64,000 nt of DNA, taken from assembly GCA_029573495.1 (NCBI GenBank), contig JAKQEI010000094.1, positions 46,165 through 110,164 on the forward strand, written 5' to 3'. Position numbers and translations under genes: made by a program. Below the pieces are notes generated by a model. It saw nothing but the letters and a program-made list of their open reading frames with translations. It was not told the DNA's origin and did no database searches. Of the stretch, positions 49,120-57,157 are shown one piece after another. How positions within the stretch are numbered: the first letter of the stretch is position 1; every line of letters starts with the position of its first letter. The DNA is from Bacteroidota bacterium. Its GTDB lineage: Bacteria; Bacteroidota; Bacteroidia; Flavobacteriales_F; PHOS-HE28.

Positions 49120-49815
49120 ATGAAATTCGGCGTCGTCACCTTCCCGGGATCCAACTGCGACGAGGACATGATCCATGTGCTCGGAACCCTGTTCGACCAA
49201 CCCGTGGAGCGGCTCTGGCACAAGGAGCACGACCTGAAGGGCGTGGACATGGTGGTGCTCCCGGGCGGCTTCTCCTATGGCGATTACCTGCGCAGCGGTG
49301 CCATCGCACGTTTCTCCCCGATCATGCAGGAGGTGGTGGCACACGCGAAGAAGGGTGGACTCGTCTTCGGTGTGTGCAACGGTTTCCAGGTGCTGTGCGA
49401 AGCGGGACTGGTGCCGGGCGCGCTGCTGCACAACGACGGACAGAAGTTCGTGGCGCGCAACACCTGGATCCGACCCGCCACCCGGCGGACCGTGCTCACC
49501 AGCCTTGTACCGGACCGTGCGTTGAAGATCCCGATCGCGCACGGCGAAGGACGCTACCACGCCGATGCGACCACCCTGAAGGCGTTGAAGGACAACGACC
49601 AGGTGCTCTTCCGCTATTGCGATGCCGAGGGCCGGATCACCGATGAGGCCAACCCGAACGGGAGCAAGGAGAACATCGCCGGGGTGTGCAACAAGGAGCG
49701 CAACGTGTTCGGTATGATGCCGCATCCGGAACGAGCGGCGGATGAGCGGCTCGGGAATACCGATGGTCGCTCGCTCTTCGACTCACTGTTGAAGACGGCC
49801 TTGACGAGCGCCTAA
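49120..49815 (+). CDS. purQ: phosphoribosylformylglycinamidine synthase I (glutaminase subunit)
   Basis: Internal ATG 49120 gives [17 protein letters not shown]. Catalytic GVCNGFQ and HPER motifs are present. Confidence 0.93.
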   Translation: MKFGVVTFPGSNCDEDMIHVLGTLFDQPVERLWHKEHDLKGVDMVVLPGGFSYGDYLRSGAIARFSPIMQEVVAHAKKGGLVFGVCNGFQVLCEAGLVPGALLHNDGQKFVARNTWIRPATRRTVLTSLVPDRALKIPIAHGEGRYHADATTLKALKDNDQVLFRYCDAEGRITDEANPNGSKENIAGVCNKERNVFGMMPHPERAADERLGNTDGRSLFDSLLKTALTSA

Positions 49816-51893
49816 GGGACGATGCGACGAAGGACCGGTCCGATCCGCTTGGTGCGTTCCGGCTCGAAGGTGATCGCGTATCCATCCCCACCGGTCCCCT
49901 TCCATCCATCCAGTTCGATGCCCTCCGCAGGCGTGAATACCATGCGCATGGGAATGCCTTGGAAACAGAATATCTCCTGTGTTCCCGGTCGCAACGGCAT
50001 TCCTTCGAGCGTGAGCGTCCCTTCGTCCTCCGCCGGGACCTGGACCGTGATCCGCCGGACCTTCCGGCCTGTGGCCTGGCCCAGGTAGGCGCTCAGGTAT
50101 CCGGGCCGTTGGTCGATGAACTCGCTCATCCACTGCTCGGACTCCGCCGGTGCCGGCCGGGGCATCTCGTCGTTCCATCGCGCATGGTCTGCTTCCAGCC
50201 ATACGCGATCCGCCGAGAACAAGCTATCGAGCAGGTCTTCGCCCACGGTTGGTGATAGCGCCGTGGAGAGCAGTGCGCACATGCGGGTCAGCAGCAACGG
50301 CTCCAGCTCCGGATGTGCGAGCAATTGTGGGATGTACGGCGTTTCCGCAGCCGCACCCGAGGCCATGCGTTCCACGCTGTTCTCCTCATACGGCGCCCAG
50401 AGGTCCATGTCGAAGAGCACCCAGCGCCAACGGCCTCCCGGCACACGCGGGCGGTAGAGGCGCACGTTGAGGTCGTGATCCGCGCGACCGGTCCAGAGGT
50501 CCAGGCAGGCGAGGTCGATCAGGTTGGCCACATCGATTTGGCGCTGGAGGCTGTCGAAGGGTGCCAGGGCCATCAGTTGTGCGATGGCCGGTCCGAAGGT
50601 GGCATCACTCCCGGAGAGCACCCGCGCGGCAGGGCCTTCCAACACATGCACCGCGCCAGCACCACTGATCCGCTCGAGCCATTGCCTGTCCTTCGGCGGC
50701 ATCCAACGGTAGAGCCCCCAATAACGGCCGTTCAGGTAAAGGGGCACGGGTCGCGATGGTTGCACATCCACGTGAAGCTCGTTCCGGAGGACGGTGAGTT
50801 CCACGAAACGATTGCGCAGGTAGGTGTGCGCACCGGCATCCGCCCGAAGGATGCCTTCCTGGAAAAGCTCGGCATCGCTCAACCGAAGTCCCTGCGCCGG
50901 ACTGTCGTACCGGTCGCGTGCGTGCAACTTGAAGGAGCGTTTCGGCAGGCTGCGCGACCCGCTGCCGTGGATGCTGAGGCCGATGGGCACCGGTGGATCC
51001 GCAGTACCGTTGAACTTCACCATGGCCAGGCGCTCCCACGAACGACCGCGACGGCTGAAGTTCGCATGCGCCCCTTCCACGTTGATGCCGACGCTATCGT
51101 CGGAAAGTCCGGTCTCATCCATGGCGATGGTGATGCCGTCCGTGGGTGCGTCGCCGCGATGAAAGGTGGAACAGAACTCCTTGCTGGGCAGTCGACCATC
51201 CGCGAACGCGCGTGCCCGCACGACCATGTCGCGGTCCACCTCGATCGGGTGTTCGTAAGGCAGACCGTGTTCCGCCGTGGGCTCGGTGCCATCCACGGTG
51301 TATCGGATCCAGGCTCCCTGATCGGCGATCAAGGGCAGGATCGTCCGCGTGTCGAGCAGTGCGAGCGAGGTGTCCACCATGGGTGTGGCCGTGCGTCCAT
51401 GCACGGGTCGCCCGCCCGTGTTCGGCGCTCCGGGTGTGGCCTCGGTGAAGAAGCTCCATTGCTCACGGTCCCCATCGCTCAGGCGCCCCACGCTGAGGTC
51501 GCCCGCCATGGCCGGATACGTGAAGACGTCCTGTACGGTGAGCCCATCCGCTGCGATCAACAGCAAGGTGCCCCCCTTCCGCGGCAGGGTGAAGCCGGCA
51601 TGGTCAGGACCACGGTCCGTACGGCCATCGAACCAGATGATCCGATGTGCGCGGGGTGCGATCGGTAACGGTCCCTTGAGGATGTGGGTGCGACCGACCA
51701 CCGCGAACCGCATGCCCGCCACATCGATCTCCTTGTCCGTGGGATTGAACAATTCCACCCAGTCGGGCGTGCTGCCATCGGCCGCGATGTGCGTGTGCCG
51801 ATTGGCCGCTTGAAGTTCGTTGATGAGCACGCCGTCCTGTGCGGATGCGGCGAACGTGCTCGTCCACAGCAGGAGGATACAGCCCTTCTTCAC
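49812..51893 (-). CDS. secreted CotH-family (atypical kinase fold) protein with N-terminal lamin-tail domain
   Basis: 693 aa. Signal peptide. VLINELQAANRH...DWVELFNPTDKEIDVAGM is LTD-like. The central region has the size and composition of CotH. Its stop codon overlaps the purQ stop (convergent). Confidence 0.7.
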   Translation of the reverse strand: MKKGCILLLWTSTFAASAQDGVLINELQAANRHTHIAADGSTPDWVELFNPTDKEIDVAGMRFAVVGRTHILKGPLPIAPRAHRIIWFDGRTDRGPDHAGFTLPRKGGTLLLIAADGLTVQDVFTYPAMAGDLSVGRLSDGDREQWSFFTEATPGAPNTGGRPVHGRTATPMVDTSLALLDTRTILPLIADQGAWIRYTVDGTEPTAEHGLPYEHPIEVDRDMVVRARAFADGRLPSKEFCSTFHRGDAPTDGITIAMDETGLSDDSVGINVEGAHANFSRRGRSWERLAMVKFNGTADPPVPIGLSIHGSGSRSLPKRSFKLHARDRYDSPAQGLRLSDAELFQEGILRADAGAHTYLRNRFVELTVLRNELHVDVQPSRPVPLYLNGRYWGLYRWMPPKDRQWLERISGAGAVHVLEGPAARVLSGSDATFGPAIAQLMALAPFDSLQRQIDVANLIDLACLDLWTGRADHDLNVRLYRPRVPGGRWRWVLFDMDLWAPYEENSVERMASGAAAETPYIPQLLAHPELEPLLLTRMCALLSTALSPTVGEDLLDSLFSADRVWLEADHARWNDEMPRPAPAESEQWMSEFIDQRPGYLSAYLGQATGRKVRRITVQVPAEDEGTLTLEGMPLRPGTQEIFCFQGIPMRMVFTPAEGIELDGWKGTGGDGYAITFEPERTKRIGPVLRRIVP

Positions 51894-51918
51894 CGGCCGA
51901 AATTAGGGTAATGCCACC

Positions 51919-52062
51919 CTACAGGGCATTCCTGGTCACATAGTAACGCCACGCCACAATGCCCTTCTGCACCGTGTTCAACCGGAGCAGGTCCTTGTCC
52001 CAGAGTTTGGGAAGCAGGAGCTTGTTCAAACGCGCGAGCAGACGGAAGATGGAGCGACGCAT
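51919..52062 (-). CDS. small (47 aa) basic protein conserved next to transport genes in Bacteroidota
   Basis: The internal ATG of track ORF 51919-52101 gives MRRSIFRLLARLNKLLLPKLWDKDLLRLNTVQKGIVAWRYYVTRNAL. It starts 3 nt after the CDF stop. Similar small proteins are recalled from Flavobacteriia. Confidence 0.45.
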   Translation of the reverse strand: MRRSIFRLLARLNKLLLPKLWDKDLLRLNTVQKGIVAWRYYVTRNAL

Positions 52063-52064
52063 GT

Positions 52065-52991
52065 TCAGTGGTGTTGCAGGCCACAATCCTCTCCGGCCCA
52101 TTCCAGTTCGATGGTGGCATGGTGGATGCCCATGGAGGTGAGCACCTCCCGGGCGGTGGTCTTCAGGCGCAGGGCGGCGGGCAGGTCCACATCGGCCACC
52201 ACCAGGTGAACGGTGTGGATGATGAAGCTGCCGTCCAAGGTCCAGGTGTGCTGGTCATGCAGGTCCTTCACATGGGGGATGGCCATCAACCGTGTGCGCA
52301 CCTCCTGCATGTCCAATGATCCCGGCGATCGTTGCATGAGGATGCCAGTGCCCTTTCGCAGCGTTCGTATGGCGTTGTAAAGGATGAAGCAGCTGATACC
52401 GATGCTCAACAGGGGATCAACGATGGTCCAGTTGGTGAAGTGGATGAGCACGCCCCCCAGCAGGACCGCCGCCCAGCCGAGCACGTCCTCCAGCAGGTGC
52501 AGGTACGCGCCACGTTCGTTCAGCGTTCCTCCGCCGTGCAGCTTCCACGCCGCGAAGCCGTTCATGACCAGGCCGAAGACCGCGATGCCGATCATGCCCT
52601 CCGCATTGGGGGTGGTGGGTTGCCACAGCCTGGGTACCGTCACGATCAACATCCCGATTGCCCCGACGATGAGGACCACGCTGGTCAACCAGCCGCCAAG
52701 CATGCTGTACCGGCCGTAGCCGTAACTGTATTCCGCGTCGCGCCCCTTCGTGGCCACCCGCTGCAGGTACCATGCCGTTCCGAGCACGAGACAATCGCCC
52801 GCATCGTGGAAGGCATCGGTGAGCACGGCGATGCTTCCGGTCCACCAGCCGCCAATGACCTCCACGAGCGTGAAGGCGAGGTTGATGAAGAAGGCGAGGG
52901 AGAGGGCACGTGCGCTCGTGGCGTGCACATGACCATGGGAATGGCCATGATGCTCATGAGCGTGGTCGTGGTGACCGTGGTCGTGCGGCAT
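52065..52991 (-). CDS. cation diffusion facilitator (CDF) family metal efflux transporter
   Basis: 308 aa. His-rich N-terminus (HDHGHHDHAHEHHGHSHGH), six TM segments, conserved DAFHD / HLLED metal-site motifs, and a C-terminal cytoplasmic domain. Confidence 0.9.
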   Translation of the reverse strand: MPHDHGHHDHAHEHHGHSHGHVHATSARALSLAFFINLAFTLVEVIGGWWTGSIAVLTDAFHDAGDCLVLGTAWYLQRVATKGRDAEYSYGYGRYSMLGGWLTSVVLIVGAIGMLIVTVPRLWQPTTPNAEGMIGIAVFGLVMNGFAAWKLHGGGTLNERGAYLHLLEDVLGWAAVLLGGVLIHFTNWTIVDPLLSIGISCFILYNAIRTLRKGTGILMQRSPGSLDMQEVRTRLMAIPHVKDLHDQHTWTLDGSFIIHTVHLVVADVDLPAALRLKTTAREVLTSMGIHHATIELEWAGEDCGLQHH

Positions 52992-53063
52992 GGTGGGCGA
53001 AGGTAGGTGGGGGCTTGTTGGGCGAGCCCATATCCACCACCTCAGCGCAGCCGGGTCAGCTGT

Positions 53064-53819
53064 CTACAATCGCTCCAAGGCTTCCATCAGCTCTTGCTTT
53101 TTGCGGCGGGACACCGCTACGCTCATCCCGTTGGACATGATGGCCTCGCCGCCCTCGCCCTTGATGTATTTCCGGATGTGCTTCTTGCTGATGAGGTAGG
53201 AGTTGTGCACGCGAATGAAGTCCTGCTCCCCGAGCAAGTCCTCGAACTCCTTGAGCGTGCGCGAGATGACCATGCGCTTCTCGTCGCGCATGTGCAACGT
53301 GGTGTAGTTGGAGTCTGACTCGCAGACCAAGATCTCGTTGACATGCACGAGCTCTAGCCCGTCGCTCACAGGCAGCGCGATGACACGGTCTCCGATGGAG
53401 CGGTCGATGTTCTTGAGCAGCATATCCACCATCACAGGCTTCCGTTCATTGCGAACGGCTTGCTCTGCCTTGCTGATGGCCTCGGAGAGTTCACTAGTGT
53501 CGATTGGCTTCAGCAGATAATCCAGTGCACTGAACCGGATCGCCTGTACCGCGTAGCTCTCATGTGCCGTTGTGAAGATGACATGGGGACAGTCTGCCCC
53601 CAAGGATCGAAGCAGGTCGAAGCCGGTCCTGTCTTTGAGTTCTATGTCAAGGAAGAGTACCTGGGGCGCGGTTCGGCGAATGAGCTCGATGCCGGATGGC
53701 ACGTCATCCGCCGTGCCGAGCAGCTGGACCTCGGGATGCCTGCGGCCCAACAGGTTCAACAAGAGGTTGCGGGGGGCTTCCTCATCATCGACAATGACGG
53801 CGGTCAGTGCTATGGCCAT
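53064..53819 (-). CDS. LytR/AlgR-family response regulator (receiver + LytTR DNA-binding domain)
   Basis: 251 aa. AVIVDDEE...FLDIELKDRTG receiver. C-terminal LytTR block (ILVCESDSNYTTLHMRDEKRMVISRTLKEFEDLL...FIRVHNSYLIS). Confidence 0.92.
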   Translation of the reverse strand: MAIALTAVIVDDEEAPRNLLLNLLGRRHPEVQLLGTADDVPSGIELIRRTAPQVLFLDIELKDRTGFDLLRSLGADCPHVIFTTAHESYAVQAIRFSALDYLLKPIDTSELSEAISKAEQAVRNERKPVMVDMLLKNIDRSIGDRVIALPVSDGLELVHVNEILVCESDSNYTTLHMRDEKRMVISRTLKEFEDLLGEQDFIRVHNSYLISKKHIRKYIKGEGGEAIMSNGMSVAVSRRKKQELMEALERL

Positions 53820-53845
53820 GACGGTTTATTGCTGTGCGGAAGATA

Positions 53846-55810
53846 TCACCTGACCACCAACCGGTCGATACGCATCGCGCCATGGACCACATACACCCCA
53901 GGCAACTGTGGAGCCGTGAAGTGCTCCGTTGGGCCTGCGATCAACCGGCCGGAGAGGTCCCTGAGGATGACCCGTTCCGATGCGGTGACCGGCTGGCCGG
54001 GGGCCACGGGATTCGGATGGACCAACGGCCGATCGGGCAGGGTGCTGCGGTCCACGACGAGTACGTCCGAGAGTGTCCCACTCCCATCAGCATCCACTTG
54101 CCGGAGGCGATAGTAGCCCACCCCTGAGAGAGGCTCAAGGTCGTCCCAGGCATATTCCCGCAGCACGGTGCTGTGGCCTGCTGCTGCGACCTGACCGATC
54201 GGACTCCAATCACTTCCTTCCGCACTGCGCTCAATGATGAAGCGGTCGCTGTTGTGCTCGGAGCCGGTGGACCAGGAAAGCCTGACCGACTGATCGAGCG
54301 ACTGGGCCGTCCAGGATATCAGCTCCACAGGAAGAACGATAGGTCCGCAATAGTTCGTGGTCAGGAACAGGTCCTGCACCTCGATCCCGGAGTATGCCTG
54401 AAGGGATGGTATTCGAGTGGACATGGGCACCATCGTGCATGGAACAGAGGTGTCCGAGATGCTGATGGGGCTCGCTGACCATGGCGCGCAGGGACCTCCG
54501 AACACGTCATTCCCGGTGAGCGGGTCGAATTGCGCGAATTCGACCGGATAGGAACCGTTGGGCAAGAAACCGAACGGCCCACCGCTGGCGACCACCGTGG
54601 TGCCATCATTGGAGAGGGCCATGCTGAAGAAGGAATAGAGGTCCGGGAACGAACGCTCCCAAACAACCGTGTTAGTCGGCAGCGCGATGCGCAAGGCGTA
54701 CGCCATCCATGCACGGTTGCCCAAGAGCATGCACTCCTGTGTGGCCGGATCGAAGTACAGACCACCGACCATGTCCAGCTGCATGGGGGTGTCGATGGAC
54801 CAGGTTGGCAAGGAAGTCCCTGGAACGGGTGGCACACGCACGACGAACATGTTGTAGTAGTCCCTGCTGAATGAAATGACCAGCCCCCCCGAGCCATCGG
54901 AGGTCATGGCCAAGGGGCGCTCATCGGCTGATGTCCCAACCAAATGGCTGCGGACCAGGGTGCCGTCAGTGGCGAAAGCAAGCAGAGCGAGATCGCCTCC
55001 GTTCGTGGCCGTGGCCGCCAGCACGTGCAACGTGTCATTCTGAAACAGCAGCCCACGACTGTACTGTAGATCCGGCTCGTTCAGGACCCTGACCCAGGTC
55101 GGCGCTCCTCCTGGGTCGAACCTCGCTACGACCACGTCCCCTTCTGCGGAACTCTCGACGCCACCGACCGCATAGATGCTGCCATCGGGCGCCTCCACGA
55201 CGTCGCTGAAGTACTGTTGTCCGGGTCCCACGTTCAGCGAGGTGCTCCAAAGCAGGGCACCGGTCTGATCAAGCCGGGCGATGTGGCAGTTCGGGCTGTT
55301 CAAGACCTCCTGACCTACCACAAGGATGTCGCTATTGCTGGTGATGGCAAGGCCTTGATAGAAGGCGTTCGCGTAGTATGGAGTGCTGTTCCTCAGCTTC
55401 CTGGACCATTCGATGACCCCGTTGCTCATGCGGCAGACGGCGCCGAAACGGAACCCCTGTTCCACATGCCCACAGGCAATGACATCCGTGCCGATGATGC
55501 CCAGGCCATCGAGGAGTAGAAAACCTCCTGGCAACTGGGTCTCCATGCTGTACCGCTGCGCGAAGGCACACGGGGCCGCGAGCAGCAACAAGCTGATCGG
55601 CAGGACACAGCGTTCTGCCCGGCTGGAAAGGAAGTTTCGTGCGTTCCTATGCTCGTGGCGCCAAGGTGCACAGCGGGTAACCGGCCCAATGGACCCGAGG
55701 AAGCGTGAAAGAACAGGAAACTTTTTCACCCACCAACACCGTGGTCGGGTACATCCCAGTTCATGGCCCTGCACGCTGCCTGATGATCCGGTTGCTGCGA
55801 AGCTGCGCAT
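53846..55810 (-). CDS. secreted beta-propeller-repeat protein with FN3-like module and T9SS type A sorting domain (start codon uncertain)
   Basis: The signal-like segment LPISLLLLAAPCAFAQ sits about 70 codons after the only in-frame ATG (55810). That leader has low third-position GC. Motifs are shared with 33611/36123 (VVARFDPGG..W). VELISWTAQ...RFIIERS...YYRLRQVD module. CTD LVHPNPVAPGQPV... Confidence 0.75.
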   Translation of the reverse strand: MRSFAATGSSGSVQGHELGCTRPRCWWVKKFPVLSRFLGSIGPVTRCAPWRHEHRNARNFLSSRAERCVLPISLLLLAAPCAFAQRYSMETQLPGGFLLLDGLGIIGTDVIACGHVEQGFRFGAVCRMSNGVIEWSRKLRNSTPYYANAFYQGLAITSNSDILVVGQEVLNSPNCHIARLDQTGALLWSTSLNVGPGQQYFSDVVEAPDGSIYAVGGVESSAEGDVVVARFDPGGAPTWVRVLNEPDLQYSRGLLFQNDTLHVLAATATNGGDLALLAFATDGTLVRSHLVGTSADERPLAMTSDGSGGLVISFSRDYYNMFVVRVPPVPGTSLPTWSIDTPMQLDMVGGLYFDPATQECMLLGNRAWMAYALRIALPTNTVVWERSFPDLYSFFSMALSNDGTTVVASGGPFGFLPNGSYPVEFAQFDPLTGNDVFGGPCAPWSASPISISDTSVPCTMVPMSTRIPSLQAYSGIEVQDLFLTTNYCGPIVLPVELISWTAQSLDQSVRLSWSTGSEHNSDRFIIERSAEGSDWSPIGQVAAAGHSTVLREYAWDDLEPLSGVGYYRLRQVDADGSGTLSDVLVVDRSTLPDRPLVHPNPVAPGQPVTASERVILRDLSGRLIAGPTEHFTAPQLPGVYVVHGAMRIDRLVVR

Positions 55811-55814
55811 GGAA

Positions 55815-56324
55815 CTAAGCTGTGATGTGTGTACAGAACTCGCACTCGCTAGCTACCTCATCGCCGGGATGATCGAGCAACCGATGGCTTTTGGGCGCTG
55901 GTTGGCATCGGGCGGGTGTGAACCGCACCTGGATACTCCGTTGATGCATCACGCGGAACGTGGCGGTCTGTCCCAACCAAGTCTCAAGGTCGATCACGCC
56001 TGCTTCGATGAAGATGGCCTCTGACGCCTGCGATGCAGCCGGCTCCGATCGAACCAACTCGATGGAGCCGACCGCCTTCCCCTGATAAAGGATGATCCAC
56101 TTGGCCGGTGCACCGATGCGCGCCCAGAGTCGGAAGTCGCCTTGCCTGCCGATCCCCGACGCGCGTCCAGTTGCAGCAAGGACCACGCGAACAGCATCCG
56201 GTCGCGCCGCAACGAAGCGGCCTTGCAGGCACACGCCATGTTGAGCAGGCATGAGCACGAGGCATAGGGCCGCCAGCGAAACAACGCACAGGCCGACAAC
56301 GACATCGAGGGACAACTCTTCCAT
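55815..56324 (-). CDS. membrane-anchored hypothetical protein
   Basis: The frame has about 75 % third-position G+C over a hand-checked 48-codon stretch. MEELSLDVVVGLCVVSLAALCLVLM is a TM segment. The track ORF extends to 56393. Ends 5 nt before the next gene. No recognisable family. Confidence 0.45.
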   Translation of the reverse strand: MEELSLDVVVGLCVVSLAALCLVLMPAQHGVCLQGRFVAARPDAVRVVLAATGRASGIGRQGDFRLWARIGAPAKWIILYQGKAVGSIELVRSEPAASQASEAIFIEAGVIDLETWLGQTATFRVMHQRSIQVRFTPARCQPAPKSHRLLDHPGDEVASECEFCTHITA

Positions 56325-56701
56325 GCCGCAAAGTGCACTGCGCACCAAGGATCCACCAGCACCGCTGAGCGCGCGGCGGGGGACGCCGAGCAACTGGCAT
56401 GGTTCGTCACGCCGCGTGCAGAGCGGGGCCCTTCACCTCCACGCGTGTTCCTGTGGGCGCTTCCATCCCCATTCGCCTCGATGCGGCCGGGGTTAACCCA
56501 GCCCACGGCTCGTCATGTGACCAGAGCGCATAGACCAAGGCCGACAATGACACCAGCGACAACAGCACTTGGGTGATGGCCTCGGCCGGCATGACCTCGC
56601 GGATCAGAGCCCCAGACAGGGACTACGCCAAGCTTATGGCGCATACGGTGGGTGTCGTAGCGCAGTTGGATCCGTGCGAGGCCGACCGCACTTGGTGAAT
56701 G

Positions 56702-56735
56702 GCGCAAGCCCGTGTCGAAGGACACGGGCTTGCGC
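56702..56735 (-). terminator. 15-bp perfect hairpin downstream of the 56753-57016 gene
   Basis: GCGCAAGCCCGTGTC-GAAG-GACACGGGCTTGCGC. No U tract on either strand. Confidence 0.55.
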
Positions 56736-56752
56736 GGATCGGAAGCGGTGGC

Positions 56753-57016
56753 TCAGAAGCGCGCCAGTTGCTTGTTGTTGTGGCTGCTCACGGCGAACGC
56801 GCTCCACACCATGCCGAGCGGGATGGTCAACAGCAGACCGAGACCACCGGTGAACAGGACCACGGGGATGGTGAACAGGAACATGATGAAGCCGCCCATC
56901 ACGGTGGCGTACAACATGCCCAGCGGGCCGAAGAGGAAGGAGAGGAGAAGGGCGATGCCGGTGCTCTTCTGCTTGATCAGGATAGTGGCGGTGGGACGGG
57001 TGGTTTCGGTACTCAT
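56753..57016 (-). CDS. small (87 aa) two-TM membrane protein (TM2/NINE-like)
   Basis: KSTGIALLLSFLFGPLGMLYATVMGGFIMFLF... gives two hydrophobic helices with a GxxG-type turn. A strong hairpin follows the gene. Confidence 0.6.
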   Translation of the reverse strand: MSTETTRPTATILIKQKSTGIALLLSFLFGPLGMLYATVMGGFIMFLFTIPVVLFTGGLGLLLTIPLGMVWSAFAVSSHNNKQLARF

Positions 57017-57157
57017 GGCTTAGGGTTTTAGGTTCGGAAGCGGCAGCATGCCGTTCCTTATGATGCCAAATTGTGCCGGAACGCTTTCCTGCACCAGTGC
57101 GATCGAGCAGCTGGTGGCCTTGAGGTCTTGAACGGTATGAGAAAGCGCGTCGCGGAA

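Noticed and set aside
52992-53063. A metal (NiCo/czcD-type) riboswitch upstream of the CDF exporter, and FMN, SAM or purine riboswitches upstream of ribE, metF and purD.
   Set aside because: The leaders are too short or are occupied by terminator hairpins of upstream genes: 72 nt before the CDF gene, overlapping start/stop at ribE, and about 50 nt free before metF. No conserved riboswitch cores were recognised.
56407-56592. 61-aa ORF (MPAEAITQVLLSLVSLSALVYALW...) and overlapping ORFs in the 56.4-56.7 kb gap as additional small membrane genes.
   Set aside because: There is only one hydrophobic stretch, no recognisable family, competing overlapping frames, and no start-site context I could evaluate. 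Left unannotated.
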